A DNA stretch of 63,473 nucleotides, counting the filler, from Octopus bimaculoides (taxonomy: Eukaryota): assembly GCF_001194135.2 (NCBI RefSeq). It is 5 parts of 5 records of this genome, joined end to end, with 100 filler letters (N's around TTAATTAATTAA, not from the genome) between each part and the next. Parts side by side here need not be neighbours in the genome. Positions count along the whole stretch, not along the records: positions 60,667 to 63,473 come from NC_068989.1; 4 more parts are not named here. One strand, written 5' to 3'. The stretch's first letter is position 1; every line of letters starts with the position of its first letter. Shown piece after piece: positions 63,331-63,473 of the stretch. The notes under the pieces were generated by a model. The model did not search any database and was not told the DNA's origin. It saw only the letters and a program-made list of their open reading frames with translations. The translations under genes and the position numbers were made by a program.

Positions 63331-63473
63331 AGAAAACTATCGCATTTGAAAACTATGGAAATATTTTAAAAAACATTTCATTTAATTTTTCTACAATTTA
63401 ATTGTTTTTCATGTTTTACTCTAAGTTGAAAAAGTCGCAATGACTGAAACCGGATAAAATTATTTTAGCATTT

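Overview
AT-rich, microsatellite-riddled eukaryotic (animal) genomic DNA from a gappy short-read assembly. The SINE, RTE and Tc1/mariner families match what I recall from octopus (coleoid cephalopod) genomes; the species assignment is inference. I found no intact host protein-coding gene, rRNA, genuine tRNA gene or CRISPR array. Almost all protein-like ORFs are decayed transposon fragments: two mariner copies (one full length, 20133-21375), a DD37D maT derivative, a Tc1 element with DD36E spacing, five Penelope-like (PLE) fragments, two CR1-type fragments, a near full-length RTE ORF and an RTE-X-like RT with a PHD finger inserted in it. There are also about 25 tRNA-derived SINE copies from at least three modular families. 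Four identical artificial spacers (44 N + TTAATTAATTAA + 44 N) split the window into five blocks whose adjacency is unverified. Most interesting observations: (1) a nearly complete type I hammerhead ribozyme on the minus strand at 52881-52942, plus two decayed hammerhead-like motifs next to PLE sequence; (2) a sharp CpG-poor to CpG-rich switch at about 21.5 kb, suggesting the left block lies in a methylated gene body; (3) the DD36E transposase; (4) the C4-H-C3 PHD finger inside a LINE RT; (5) several clean hairpins (1735-1810, 37940-38025); (6) a YY1-motif cluster near 62.5 kb that may mark a promoter. Coordinates of degenerate repeats are approximate and were read by eye.
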